A DNA stretch of 64,000 nt from assembly GCA_028023455.1 (NCBI GenBank), contig JAQFVV010000001.1:33480001-33544000 (forward strand), in the 5' to 3' direction. The position numbers and the translations under genes are program-made. Numbering within the stretch: the first letter of the stretch is position 1; each line of letters starts with the position of its first letter. Below the pieces are notes generated by a model. It saw only the letters and a program-made list of their open reading frames with translations, had not been told where the DNA came from and ran no database searches. Shown piece by piece: positions 41,872 to 54,762 of the stretch. This stretch comes from Epiperipatus broadwayi (taxonomy: Eukaryota; Animalia; Onychophora).

Positions 41872-42331
41872 TTAAATAGTGCTATTACACTTATAACGTA
41901 AAGCTGTATAATTAATATCAATTTGTCCATTAAAATGGCTGAATGCTTTTCATAGCCAGTTCCAACTTGTTCGTTGAAATCATTCTATCAGTGTAATATG
42001 CAAACTCTATGCAAATGAGTCAATTAAACCACATCTGCCAAATTGGTTTGTACTGAAAGGCATGATATTAAGCGTAAGGTAAAGGAGGCTTTATAGCAGA
42101 GGGCTTCTTCATTAATCATAAAGAAGCATGTTTTGCTATATCAAAAAGATGGTGTAATTGACTCATTTGCACAGAGTTTGCATATTATACTGATAGAATG
42201 ATTTCAACGAACGAGTCAGAACTTGCTATGATTATGAGAAGTACAGTTTCTCGAAAGCGCTCAGCCATTTTAATGGACTAATTGATATTAATTATACAGC
42301 TTTACGTTATAAGTGTGATAGCACTATTTAA
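41872..42331. mobile_element. Foldback MITE with about 160-bp inverted arms
   Basis: ttaaatagtgctattacacttataacgtaaagctgtataatt... versus ...aattatacagctttacgttataagtgtgatagcactatttaa; the arms continue through gcaaatgagtcaatta/taattgactcatttgc. Confidence 0.85.
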
Positions 42332-44619
42332 TAAATTTAGTAATAGCTTCATCAACTGCTACCTTTCTATGCGTTTGATATGCCGCTTTAAAATTTACAT
42401 TGCAGTACTCTATAATCGGCCTAAGTTTATATATTCTATCAAAATCTTTATATTAAGCTTTTGCGATATTTTTATTATTAAAATGTAGATAAGACAATAT
42501 TGAATAAAATCTAAATCAAATCATTATATTTGCAAAATATGATTTTCTTAGTCTCATATCAGAACTCCAGATATCATCTAATTCATGTATTGGACATATG
42601 GAGGAAATACCCACTATCATGCCAAAAAATGCAGATAATTCGCGATATGACAGATTTATCCAATCACGAGTTTTTTTTTTGTTCAGTGCATGTTAGTTTG
42701 AATAATACTTTTTCATATACTTTTTTATCAAATAATAATTTAAAATAATCTAGAAAACTCACTAGTGTTGGAAAGCGTGAGTCCAAGAGACAGTAAAATT
42801 TGACCCGATAATGTTCATTGGAAACTCGTTCATATCTGATTGGGAAGATGGTCTGAAATAGGCAAAACTGCAACACTTGCATTCACACATTTCTTGATTA
42901 CTTTTTTTTCTGGTACTACATCTTATTCTAAATCATTGGCAGACAATTCATCAAAAGAGTTGCTACAAGAAGCATCCGAGTTCCAAAGCTTACTTATGGG
43001 AAAATTGCTGTCTTCGCTAGAATTTGCAAAATCTTGCTTTTTTTTTTGTTACAAATTTCAGGGTAATCACAATTCTGTTAAAAAATGGAAAAAACTAAGA
43101 GAAAGTAAAAAAAAAATTCAAATTAGTTGATTACATAAAGTATCGTAAAATTGTCAATTTTTATTATAGAAAAATAAAACTTACGTTTTCTGAAACTAGA
43201 AAAAAAAGATGGAAATGAAGATTTAAAAAGCACAAGTGCAGGTCACGTAAATTTCGGCAATTTTGAACTGAAACTGGATATTGCAAATTTGAAAATTCAA
43301 TACTGCTGTGTGAGAGCATAATGATGAAGTGGTTTAATATATACAAAGAAAATATTGTTCTAAGGATTTTAATCATTATTTTAAAATAACATTGTGGGTG
43401 AATACATAGATGCAAAACATACATGAATGTGTGCCAAATACCAAAGCTAGTCAACATACATGTAATAACTAACATTGTATCATGTACATATTGGGATTTA
43501 TGGTTGCTCATTAAAAGACAACAATTTCTTATAACTGGAATTTCAAAAGTTGTCTTGTCTCAATATCAAAAAAGTATGATATAATATGCATGAATATTCA
43601 GCAAATTCACATGGTTCAAAGTAGACAAATTTCTTTAAAGATAAAGTTTGAAATATTTCAATAAATAATAGATAGTGGCATTTCCAGTTTTGTCCTACCA
43701 TTGTCATATATTAAATGCTTGCGGATCTGCTTGGAGACTTGCCAGGTGGTCTGAGAGCTGATTGTCCCACATGGACTCTCCTCAAATGGATGTAGCATCC
43801 TTTTGATTGACTAACATTTGATCTGTGATGATTCATATCCTTTTTTCCTCTTTTTGTGTTTATATACCTGTAATACCTAATCTATTGTATAAGGCGGTTC
43901 CGCTGCTCTGAGCCACCACCCAGTTTCAGAATATCAATGTAACATTGTAGCATCTATGGCCCATTGCTGCAGGTGACAGAATGCGGTCCCCGCACAGGTG
44001 GATCATACTTTAGTGACTTAATAAAGGTGCTTTGAGAAAAAAGTTTTAAGTACAGTAGAATGAATATTCAGCAGTTTTTGCCAAGAATTCTTGACACAAA
44101 GTTTTCTTGATTCAATAACTGCTTAATAAAGACAGTTAATATAAAAATTCATTAAAAAACTATTCAAGTAAGATATTAAATAAAGTTTTATCAACCTCAA
44201 TATTTCCAGATATAAATAAAATGTTAAATTTTCATATATATATTTTTAACCTATGTTAAATATTTTAATAATGTTTTGAAAAAATATTTCATTAACTGAA
44301 ATGTTTGTTTTGACTTTAAGACATTCATACACATGAGCAAGAACACACATACATTTGACAGAATTTTCTTTTGTTTAGTCTATAATTCTTAATCAAAATT
44401 AACACACTGCCTAGATTAAATATAATATATCACTAATACTTAACATATAAACATTTACCTATTTATTCTTGTTTTTCAGAATACTTCTTTCCTTTATTGG
44501 TATCATTTTATTTAATTTTTTTTTTAAGGAATGAGAAAAAAAGACTTTCTTTTAAATCATAAAATTATTGAATCATTAGCATTTCAAATTTGCGATAATG
44601 ATTGATAGATTGATGGAAT

Positions 44620-44930
44620 TTATCAAAAATGGTTTCATATCAATGTTTCAAGTAGATAATTAGTATAGTGTTATTTGGGTCACTTTTCCTGTAGTAATAA
44701 AAGTAGCAAACTCTTTTCATACAATAATGCCACCAATTGTAAGCCTTCATAATCAATGGATGCAAGAAGGTTTGTGCCAAAAACCTTATCTAGTGCCTGC
44801 TCATCCAATATCCCTAGACTAATTTTTAGCTTGTAGTTTTCATCAGTGGGGAGCTTTGGATTTTAGAGCATTGCACATAATAGAACTTAGGATCTAATGC
44901 AACCTCTAGCAGCCAACTTTTATGTATTTG
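44620..44930 (-). pseudogene. Possible LINE RT fragment (RTE/CR1-like)
   Basis: Weak: LLLLLQEK*PK..TNYLL and ASIDYE resemble ILL.KKGD..NYRPI and FIDY.KAF. Confidence 0.3.
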
Positions 44931-46184
44931 GTTGTCTATAAAGCTATGAGCCCAATGTGAAAACACAATCATGTTTTCAATCCAAGTTCATTTATTTGTG
45001 TAGTCATATAGATCTGAACTCAGTTTAGTCTGTCTTTGTATAAGCATAGTAAACATTTTTGTTTAGGAGGAATTTAAGATCACGGCTAATTGAAATTTCT
45101 CTGTCATTTGAATTAGTTTGTGTTCGGATATTTAAGATCTAATAACATACAGTTTCAAAGAAATATTTTTTTGAACTGGCTATTTTGAAATATGGACTCA
45201 TTTATTCACACAGGGCATAGCTGAATTTTATAATAATAGAGATGATTTAATATTTGGATATTTATTTCAGTATAGTGTTATGCACTGGAATTACTTTCAA
45301 ATATATATTTTTATATTTCAGAACATGTGATTTGATATAAGATCTTCGTTAAAAAACTGCATAAAAAAGGTATAATAATACTTGATTATTAGTAGATATG
45401 TTGATTTGTATGAATTACAACTTTTAGTCTGTTTTAGAAAATGTGTACATTCATGAACTCAGTACCACATACCAATATTAGGAGAATTCTAGCATGAAGA
45501 ACAAAACTCTTGAATGTGAAGAAGAGAAATGAGGGCAATATAAGCAAAATGCCATTATGATGTGCTGTTAATACAAAGTGGATTGAAATGTAAAGAAAGA
45601 AGTGCTTAAATATAAAAGTAGTCAGACACATAATAATGAATTGAGCAAGTATTTTTAATACTGTTTAGGTTTTTGTTTTTTCCAGTTAAAAATTTATTAT
45701 CCAACATGAGAACTTCTGAAAATTTTCATGACCCTCAACAATTTTTCTGTGACCTTTGAGGGGTCATGACCCATACTTGCACTCCACTGATCTAGATGCA
45801 TATATGCTTGTACATATTTAAAATGTGTGTGAATATTTGTTTTACATTTTTGTATATGTGTTTATATATGATTGCACATTTTCATTCAATGAATTCAGCA
45901 AAATTTACTTTTTAGCTTCCATTTCCTTTTTTTTTTTTTAGTTATTATATTTTAAAACTACTATTTTTCTGATAATATCTCTTTTTTCAATTAACAGACT
46001 TATCAATTCTTACATTATTCATATATAAAGAGAAAGAGACGACATCAATTAGTATGTGACTGAAAATGTAGGGATATATCATTTTTTCTATTTGGCCGAA
46101 AAAGGCTTGTTCTTCCTTGATGAGAATAAATTTTTACTATGTACACATGTAAGTCCAGATATCATTTTTGGGTATTATAAGAAA

Positions 46185-47388
46185 TAGGGCTTATCAAACA
46201 GGATGACTGGATCCCTTTTTCCCGGAATCCTGGGGAGTAAAAAAATCCCATTATCCTATGGTTATAGACCAAATTTCTCAGGAATTGCTCTTATTCTTAT
46301 CAAGATTTTTTCCCCATATTTTTTAAAGATATCGAAAATATTCGCACTCTAAATTTTAGTATCTGTATATTTGCTCTACTTTCTTGGTTGTAATAATGAA
46401 TTTTGGTCAAAATTAAAAAAATGCAATACTTGTGCCACAGATAAAGAATTTACCATACAAATTCAAATATATAGAATTGTAGTTGCCTGTTATTTATAAC
46501 TATAATTTACAAATTTTCAGTATAAAACCTATTGTTATGAAACTCATTTTCCATTCTGAAATTCTTTTTAATATGAATTTGTAAACAAAAATGTTGTGCA
46601 ATATTATGAAATTTGACTTTATTAAATTCAAACATGGAATCCTTTTATTTGTAGTTATTTTTTGTGAATACATGCACTTTATTTTTATGATTATTACTGC
46701 AGGTAATTTAGTATAAACAAAAACATAAAGCAAATGAAGAAGAAGCTTAAGTAACATTTGAAAATTTTATTTTAATTCTTAAAGACAAATCTTTACAGGT
46801 TTTTTTAAAGAATAAAAAAGATTTTTTAAGCATGTTTTGAAAATTGTCAGTTAGACTAGAGTTGAGAATCCAGAAGGTATATCATATGATGTCAGTCATA
46901 TCTCAAAGAAAATGAGTATTTTTGAAGCAACAGGAAAACACACAAATAATTTAGAAAAATTATATAACACACTAATGACCATCCCACTTACATCAATTGA
47001 ATCGGAAAGAGCATTTTCTGCAGCTGGTCTTTTCATCATGAAAATTCAGGCATCTTTAAGGGATAGCACCATTGACAGTTTATGTTTTTAAAAAATTATA
47101 AAAATTAATGTTTTCATTTCTCATTATATTTTATTCAAATTAATATGAATTTATTTTTGTTTTGTTTATAATGAATTATTTTGTATTTAAGTTTTTACAT
47201 TAAAAAATATGATTTTTTTTTAAAATGCAGTGAATTTTTTGTATTGGTTTGAAGTGGAAAAAAATACTTCATCTACAACATGCACTAAATTAATTAATTA
47301 ATGCTTTGTTAATGGATCTCGAGGAAATCCTGGGAATAGAATAATTTTTTCCCCGGAATTTGAATTTGACGGAAAATGAGAAACCTTA
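46185..47388 (+). mobile_element. Non-autonomous hAT element with perfect 8-bp TSD
   Basis: TSD ATAAGAAA at 46177-46184 and 47389-47396; termini tagggcttatca / tgagaaacctta. Confidence 0.9.
46900..47091 (+). pseudogene. hAT transposase C-terminal dimerisation domain
   Basis: LEKLYNTLMTIPLTSIESERAFSAAGLFIMKIQASLRDSTIDSLCF*. Confidence 0.9.
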
Positions 47389-47447
47389 ATAAGAAATTTG
47401 ACCATATACAAAGAGTCTAGGTGATTTGTCGATGAGATTTTATAGAC

Positions 47448-48005
47448 CAGTGGTCTTCAACCCTTGGTCCATGGACCGGCACCGGGCCTCGGAAGTTTTC
47501 TGCCTGACTGCAATAGACTGGCAGGAAAGTTTCTAATAACAAAATAATGAGTTTACACTTTTAATTAATATAAATAATTTTTATTTCTTTTTTCATCTCA
47601 TTTTTACCCAATTAAAAAAAAGTAAGAGAAGTAAAACAAAATCTAATCAATCTATACATAAATTAATTTGTTTTTTTTTTTAGTTATCACAGATGTTTAT
47701 GGGGGAAGGAGGTAGAATTAAATTTTTTATTACTTTTCTAAAAAAATTCAAAATTAAAAAAAAAAGTTTTTTATTATACAAACTCCATATATATATATAT
47801 GTAATTTCATCTTGTATATTTAACATTGTTGTTTTGATCAGTTATAACAATTATGCTCATCTAAGGCTAAGCAGTTTATATCTTCAAGAAAATTTATCTA
47901 TAGACTTCTGCTGGTCTGCGAAATCTTATTCTTATTTTTGCTGGTCTGCGAAACCTTATCCTTATTTTTACTGGTCCGCAGGTGTGAAAAGGTTGAAGAC
48001 CACTG
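47448..48005. mobile_element. hAT (Charlie-type) MITE with perfect 8-bp TSD
   Basis: 15-bp TIR cagtggtcttcaacc/ggttgaagaccactg; TSD TTATAGAC at 47440-47447 and 48006-48013; three internal ctggtc(t/c)gc repeats about 30 bp apart. Confidence 0.95.
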
Positions 48006-49419
48006 TTATAGACCACAAGAAATTTTTGACCAAGATTATATGTGACAGTGAAAGTTTAGAGAAGATATTCTAGGCAAACTGATTATATTTGATGATTCTG
48101 TAGGTGTGTAGCTATCAACTGATTCAGAATGTATACATATTTTCATATCCCCAAAAATCTGTTGCAATAAAGATTAAACTTTGTTTATTACTATCATATG
48201 AAATTTTTAAATTAATGTAATTTAGAATTTTATTCAACAATTTCAATTTATACAACCAGATATTTATCTAAGATTGTTCAAGTTATTAATGAAGGTTTTG
48301 ATTCTCTTCACCAATTTCATTTTTATAATTTATGTCTTTCTAAATATAGAAGCAGATATGTTTATCTATTTATATGTAAATCATTAAATTTATTTATGAC
48401 AAAATTTTTTCTTGTATGTGTATCAAGCATCAAAATACTCAATTTTTTAAAAGTAGATGTTATATTTTATTGACAAAAAGAGAAAATATAAAACTGGATT
48501 TGGAGAGTAACGGGACACATTTAAAAAAAGTGTATACATGCACACACAAACACACAAGGCTGGTATTTGTATGTAGATTCAGGAATTCTCAACCTTTTTA
48601 GGCATGGATTCTTTTTCAAACTTAATTTTTCTTATAATTCTAAAATATGTATATATTATATAAACAGTGTTAAATGTAGATTTTATTTAGATGGAAGGAC
48701 AATTATGTCCAAGTAGAATTTTCAATTTTTTGCTTTAATTTTCAAAATACATATTGTTAAAAATTTCAAAATAATTGTTTAGTCAGGGATGTATTACTAA
48801 TAAAATTTTGTTAAACTGATTGAAATAAGCAATAGGAAACAGTACAAAAAAAAAGTGTTTACTAAGACTATAGTATACAAATAAAAATAATATATTTATA
48901 TTACTAATGAAATGATGGGCTTAATATTTCAATATAATATGAAATGTTAAATTCAAAATTATTTAATATTGTTCATAAATCTACATATTCTGATATATTT
49001 ATTCTACTTATGTTTTTTCTTAATAAATTATTCACATAAACCGCCATTAAATAAGAACTTGAAAAAACTAAGAGTAAGGACTTAAAACATATGTTTTAAT
49101 CCCAAGCATTTTTGCTGTGTATTTTTTGAATTCCATAATTTTGATTATCCATTTATTTTGAATAAAACTTTTAATTTGGTTTCTCCAATTTCAATTAATT
49201 CTTTTATACACACATTCAAATTGCTCAACAATCTATGACGCACACTTAAGTTTTTGAAATTATCAAAGTGGACATTAATCTTCATTCAATTTTATTTCAA
49301 ATATTGGTATGTAGTAGTATATATTCATCAGAAATTTATTTTTTGATTTATTATTGATATAAAATCGATTTTTAAAATAAAATCAGGAATAATTGCCCAT
49401 ACTTGAATAAAATTAATAC

Positions 49420-50150
49420 TTTTTTTTTTTAAAATTTATTTTGGATATTGTTTGTTAAATGAGGAAAACATATATCCTAAGTAAAATGTATGTCTTTTTT
49501 GAATTTATAGGAATACAATTATTAAGTCGACTTAATAGTTGTATTCCTATAAATTCATTAATTGAAGAAATTCTATAATAGAATCGAAAATTTTGATTAA
49601 TTTTTGCAAACTGTCACTCTTAGACAGCTAGCACAGATTTGTATGAAATAGCAAATTATTACTTTCCATCATTCCTGTCACACAGTTGTGCAAAAAAAAA
49701 AAAAAAAAAAAATCATTTAAAGATTTTGATTTTATATTTACATTTTCATACACAAATCTAAGATGCAATATTTTTTTTTCATTAATTTGTTGCAAGTAAA
49801 TGCAATCTGTCCAGAACACAATGTATATTCAAATGTTTGCACTTTTTTCTTTACATGAATTAGAAATTTTGCATATTGGCCAATCACGATTACATTGGAA
49901 AGAGATATTTTATATTTGCCTAATTTTTTTTCAAAACAATCAAAAACAATTTTATCTGTCATATGAGTGTAACTGCTAGTTCAATTTTATAATATAATTT
50001 TTAGCTGGAGTAACTAGCAAATTTATTTCTATAGGAAACCATTATAACTACTTATTGTTTATGCGGTTTTCTTAGTTAATGATGAGTTTTGAGGGATCAT
50101 TTGTTTTCGCTAAGCAAGGTAAAAGTGTATTAGCAAATGAAAAACTTTTG
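49420..50150 (-). pseudogene. hAT Charlie/ZBED5-FAM200-like transposase remnant
   Basis: IVFDCFEKKLGKYKISLSN...FLIHVKKKV, SKSLN, NLLFHTNLC*LSKSDSLQKLIKIFDSIIEFL (LL.HT.VRWLS motif), YLGYMFSSFNK. Confidence 0.75.
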
Positions 50151-50938
50151 TAAGTACGCTTGATTTATTTAATAATGATATTATGTAACGGAATTTCAAA
50201 TATATTCATTATAAAAAAAATATGGATCTTTTAACTTTAAATTTACGTAGACAATGTTAATTGAATCTATTGATAATATTCAGCTGGAATTTAAAAATTG
50301 ACTTGAAACATTAAAAAAAATTGATACTATATTTAATTTTGTCATTGATTCAGAGAATTTTGATGAAAATAATTTATGCAAGCAATGCACTATTTTTTGT
50401 GTTCTTGACGTCAATTAAATTTTTTAAATTTGGTATAACAAATTCAAAGAAATGCAGAAAGAAATTGAAAAACAATTGCAAATACATAAATAAAAATTAT
50501 ATTGAAACAATGGGCATCTCTTCAGAAAAATCTTTTAACAATGAAAAAATAGCAGTATCCATTTTAGCTATTTTTGGCTTATCTTATGTCTGTCTACAAT
50601 TTTTTTTCCAAATGTGTTATATTTTAAATATATTAACAAATTAATTAAATACATGGTGATTTGGAATCTTTTATTCACATAAAAGAGTCAATTTACAAAC
50701 CAGATTTTGTGTAGATAAAAACTGTATCAAGGATGACATTGATCTAATTGTGATAATTTTTAGTTAAATTTTTCATTTATATAAATGTAAATTATATGTG
50801 TTTATAGTGTTTTGTGTGTTTTTAATCAATTTGAAGAAAGAAGAAAATATTTTTCTATAGATTTTTTTGTGTATTTTGTGATTAAATTCGCAATATAATA
50901 ATAATATACTTTTTATCTTCATATGTATACTAATACTT

Positions 50939-50950
50939 TATTATTATTAT

Positions 50951-51028
<78 letters not shown>
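50939..51028. repeat. (TTA)n-(TAA)n-(TTA)n microsatellite
   Basis: Read directly; the strand polarity of the repeat switches twice. Confidence 0.95.
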
Positions 51029-53389
51029 GTTGATATATATATATATTACACTTTTTAATTTGTTTATTTGTTTTGTGAATGAAATGCTTGCATAAAGAAT
51101 TGTTTGAAATCTTTGTAGGATTGAATTTATATGTTCAATATTTAGAGATAGATTTAGACATTCCCCATTGAGTCATAATCTTAGGTTGTTAGAGAGATTT
51201 TCTGAGATGAGCTTGATCTCATAAAATGAACCATTTGATTTGTATCCATGAAAACATTACTGTGCTGTTGATAGGGTTTTTTTTTTTGTGTGTGCAATCA
51301 CTAGTTACAAATTCATCTAATTATTAGAAAAAGAATAACGATAAGTTTGACTACATGATTTGTTTTCAGTCATCAATTTTCCAGTTTTTTTTTTTGTTCT
51401 TGACACATAATAAAGTAATAATAACATTGAAATATCACTTTGACTTTAAATATTTTATTGTAAAGCTCAATCTTAAACTCTTTTCATAGAAAATCTTTTT
51501 ACTCTCCTGTTATTTGTTCCAATTAGATTTTTAAAAAATTTTTACTATATTTTTTTGAAAATGTTCATCAATCACTTTGAAATCTATTTTTGACCATACT
51601 TGGTTTTTGTAGATTTTTTTTTATTTTTAGCAAATGTACTCATATCATTTCATCTTCCACTTTTAGCAAAACCACTTATCACTTTTTAGCTTTTACTTTA
51701 AAACATTAAATAATTAAAGCAGTTTTGAGCATTAATTCTTTAGCTTATCTAGCACTTACAGTTTTGTCTCTTTTTAATCTAGACATGCATGACTTTCCCC
51801 CTTCCTGATTTATAAAAGTGATGTCAACTTACTGTCAGATCCTCTTCCACCATATCAAAAATATAATGCCAATTTTTTTTCTGCTCCAACATGTTTGTGT
51901 AAGATAAAAATGTTTGGAGAAATAAATCTTTGAGTTAGAAATGTTTTGAAAATGTGTCTATAAGTGCAATATATATTTGTCATTAATTCTAACAATCTTC
52001 TATTTTGATTTTCAGCTTCTTGCCTTATGAGCATTCTCTCTATCATATATATATTATTTTGATTCTTTGAAATATATGCTGTTTTTACTTTTAATATCAT
52101 TTATTTACAAAATTTGGCTAAATATGTCAGTTATGTTAAACATTAAAAAAGCTGAATGCAATTTAATTTCTGTTTTAGCTTTATTTCCTCTGATTTACAC
52201 ATTGCAATTTCAGAATAAATTAATTCCTTATTGCTATTATTTTATTATGGATAAATCATATAAATATTTACTTCAAAAATACACAATTATAATTTGTTTG
52301 CTAATGTATTGCAAAAGATTTTGATTTTTTTAATTTTTTTTCTTCTGTATTTTATCTACCATAAATTTAATGGACCAATTTAAAATCTTTAACTTTGACC
52401 ATGACCATTCTCATTAGTACAGCAATTGATGGCTATCAAGTTTGTGATTTATGACCTTATTAAAAGAAATTTCATCTTGGATATTATTCTCTTTTAGATT
52501 TTGCTCCATCTCGCTAGTTTTAATTTTTTGTCATTATTTTTGATCAGAAAACTGGTTTGAATTCTTTTCAAATCAATAATTTTTTGCATTTTATTTTCAT
52601 TTTGAAGAGGATTATAAAAAGACTGCACCCCAGCTGATTGTCAGTGAAAGTTAATTTTAAAATGCTGTTTGCAAAACAAAGCTACATTCAGTTATCATAA
52701 AATTCAGATTTTTAGTTTTAAATATTAATCCAACTTTAAAAAAATTTTTTTTTGTAGAAAACTTCATTTTAAATATGTAGATTTGAAATAATGCAATAAA
52801 TATAAAATCCACCATTGAATGTAGAAATCATAGCGTTTTATTCATTCATCACATTCACAGAAAATGTCATTTAAATAGCTTTTTGTGTAATTATTGATTT
52901 ATCTGTTTTGATAAAATATTTCCAATTTACATATGTAAACCCGTTTTTTTTTTTATAAAATAAGCCAAAGCCCTCTATTATTGATCTTAGATATTTTTTA
53001 AAGAACATTTATTTAAGTTTCCTCATATAAAATACTAAATACTGTTTTTTTATATTTTCATTAGAAATTGTGTGAATATGAATAATTATATATGTATAAT
53101 CATTAATTAGCATATAGTGTTAATATTAAATGAATATTAGAATAGTTTAATATTGTATTTTATTAAACATAAGCAGTCATTTAATCAGATTTAACTTAAT
53201 GGATATATATTAATATTAACAGGAAACGTGTTTGAAAAGGAGAAATGTTTTACTAATTCTTATTTGTGGATCTTAGTCTTGGACACTTAACAGAATAGCA
53301 ATACACATACTTCAGACTATTCAAAAAAGTGTAGAGAGATGCATATTAAGAGAAACAAGAAAAGATCAAAAATGAAGTATTACATGTGC

Positions 53390-53657
53390 GAGAACATAAC
53401 AGGTATTATTGACATCACTGAAAGAATTAGAAACTGAAATGAAGTTGGGATGGACATATGGACAGTTGAAATTTTAAACTGGATTTCAAGAGGTTGTAAA
53501 AGATCTAAAAAGAGACCACATGTGAGATTAGTGGATGAAATAATGAATTGTGCTGGGGTGATATGGAGAAAAGAGGCTAAAGATCGGAGAAGATAGATTG
53601 AACCGAAAGAGACTTTCATCTTATAGTCGATCAGTAATGGTTGACAATGATGATGGG
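53390..53657 (+). mobile_element. RTE LINE 3' end fragment with short (TGA)n tail
   Basis: DITERIR..WTVEILNWISRGCKRSKKRPHVRLVDEIMNCAGVIWRKEAKDRRR..ETFIL, ending aatggttgacaatgatgatg. Confidence 0.8.
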
Positions 53658-54762
53658 ACACAGAAAATTGTATTAACCTATCCAGATATTCAGTTCATAT
53701 TTTTACTTGGATTTCCCCTCTGATTACCATCAAACATTATATTTTCTATATATATAAAATCATATTATAAATTATTTTTTACATTTTAATTCAATCATCT
53801 TTGTCTTATTTATAATTGAATTTGTAAATGTATTAAGATACAAATTTTAAACTAGAATTTTATTTTGAAGTACAGGATAAATTTGTTGATAAAACTGCAT
53901 TAATTATATAGTTTTTTTTAAATTATGCATATATATAAATTTCAAATGTAAATTCACTCAGTGCTAATTATTTAGCTGTGAAAGTTGTAAAAGTATACAT
54001 TTTAAAACTACAAACAAATAGCGGATACCAATTTATATAAAAATAATTATGGCAGTAGAATTTAAATAGGTAGGAAAAATATATCTTTTAAATGTACTGT
54101 AAATATAACTGATGATATTTCAAAAGCACAAAATGTAGGATGTGGTGGAAGGGTTAGAGAAATATTCTATTAAAATATTAAACAAGATCATTTTACTATT
54201 TGAAAAAGAGCATGGGTTAATAGGTGGTGATATTAATTCTGTTTTGCTGGCAGTTCATATTAATTGTTTTTTTTATGAGCCATTATTTTCAAAGATGTAT
54301 TTTTATTTTGTTTTGAAATTTTTTTAGAAAATTCATTTTTCATTTCAAATATACAAGCAGAGCAAAATGATAAATTATTTTCTTTAGATGTAGGGTAATA
54401 GTAATAAGTTTTAAATATATTTTTACTATTTGTTGTAAAAATATGTTTAATTAGATTTCACTTTAGCAGCCAAAAGGTACCATATAGTCTAAGGGATCTT
54501 ATGGCTCCAGTTGGGCAGCAAAATGTACCAGTCTAAAGCACCTTATTCATGATCTGGTTGGGTTGTCACATATGTCAGAGGGGCTAATGGCATTATTCCA
54601 ACTCTAAGTATACAGTCTCACTTGGATGTCAATATATAACATTAGAATCAAGGCCTTAGGCTTTAAACACTTCATTTGGTCATGCATTTGTATGGCAGTC
54701 ATTTTGAATGGTTTTAATAATTTAAAAAAGTAATTTTTTAATTAAAGCCTTTTAATTTTATG

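Noticed and set aside
51400-52100. Possible Tc1/mariner-type transposase remnant on the minus strand
   Set aside because: Only vague similarity (SDKWF, KPSMV); no convincing catalytic motif order.
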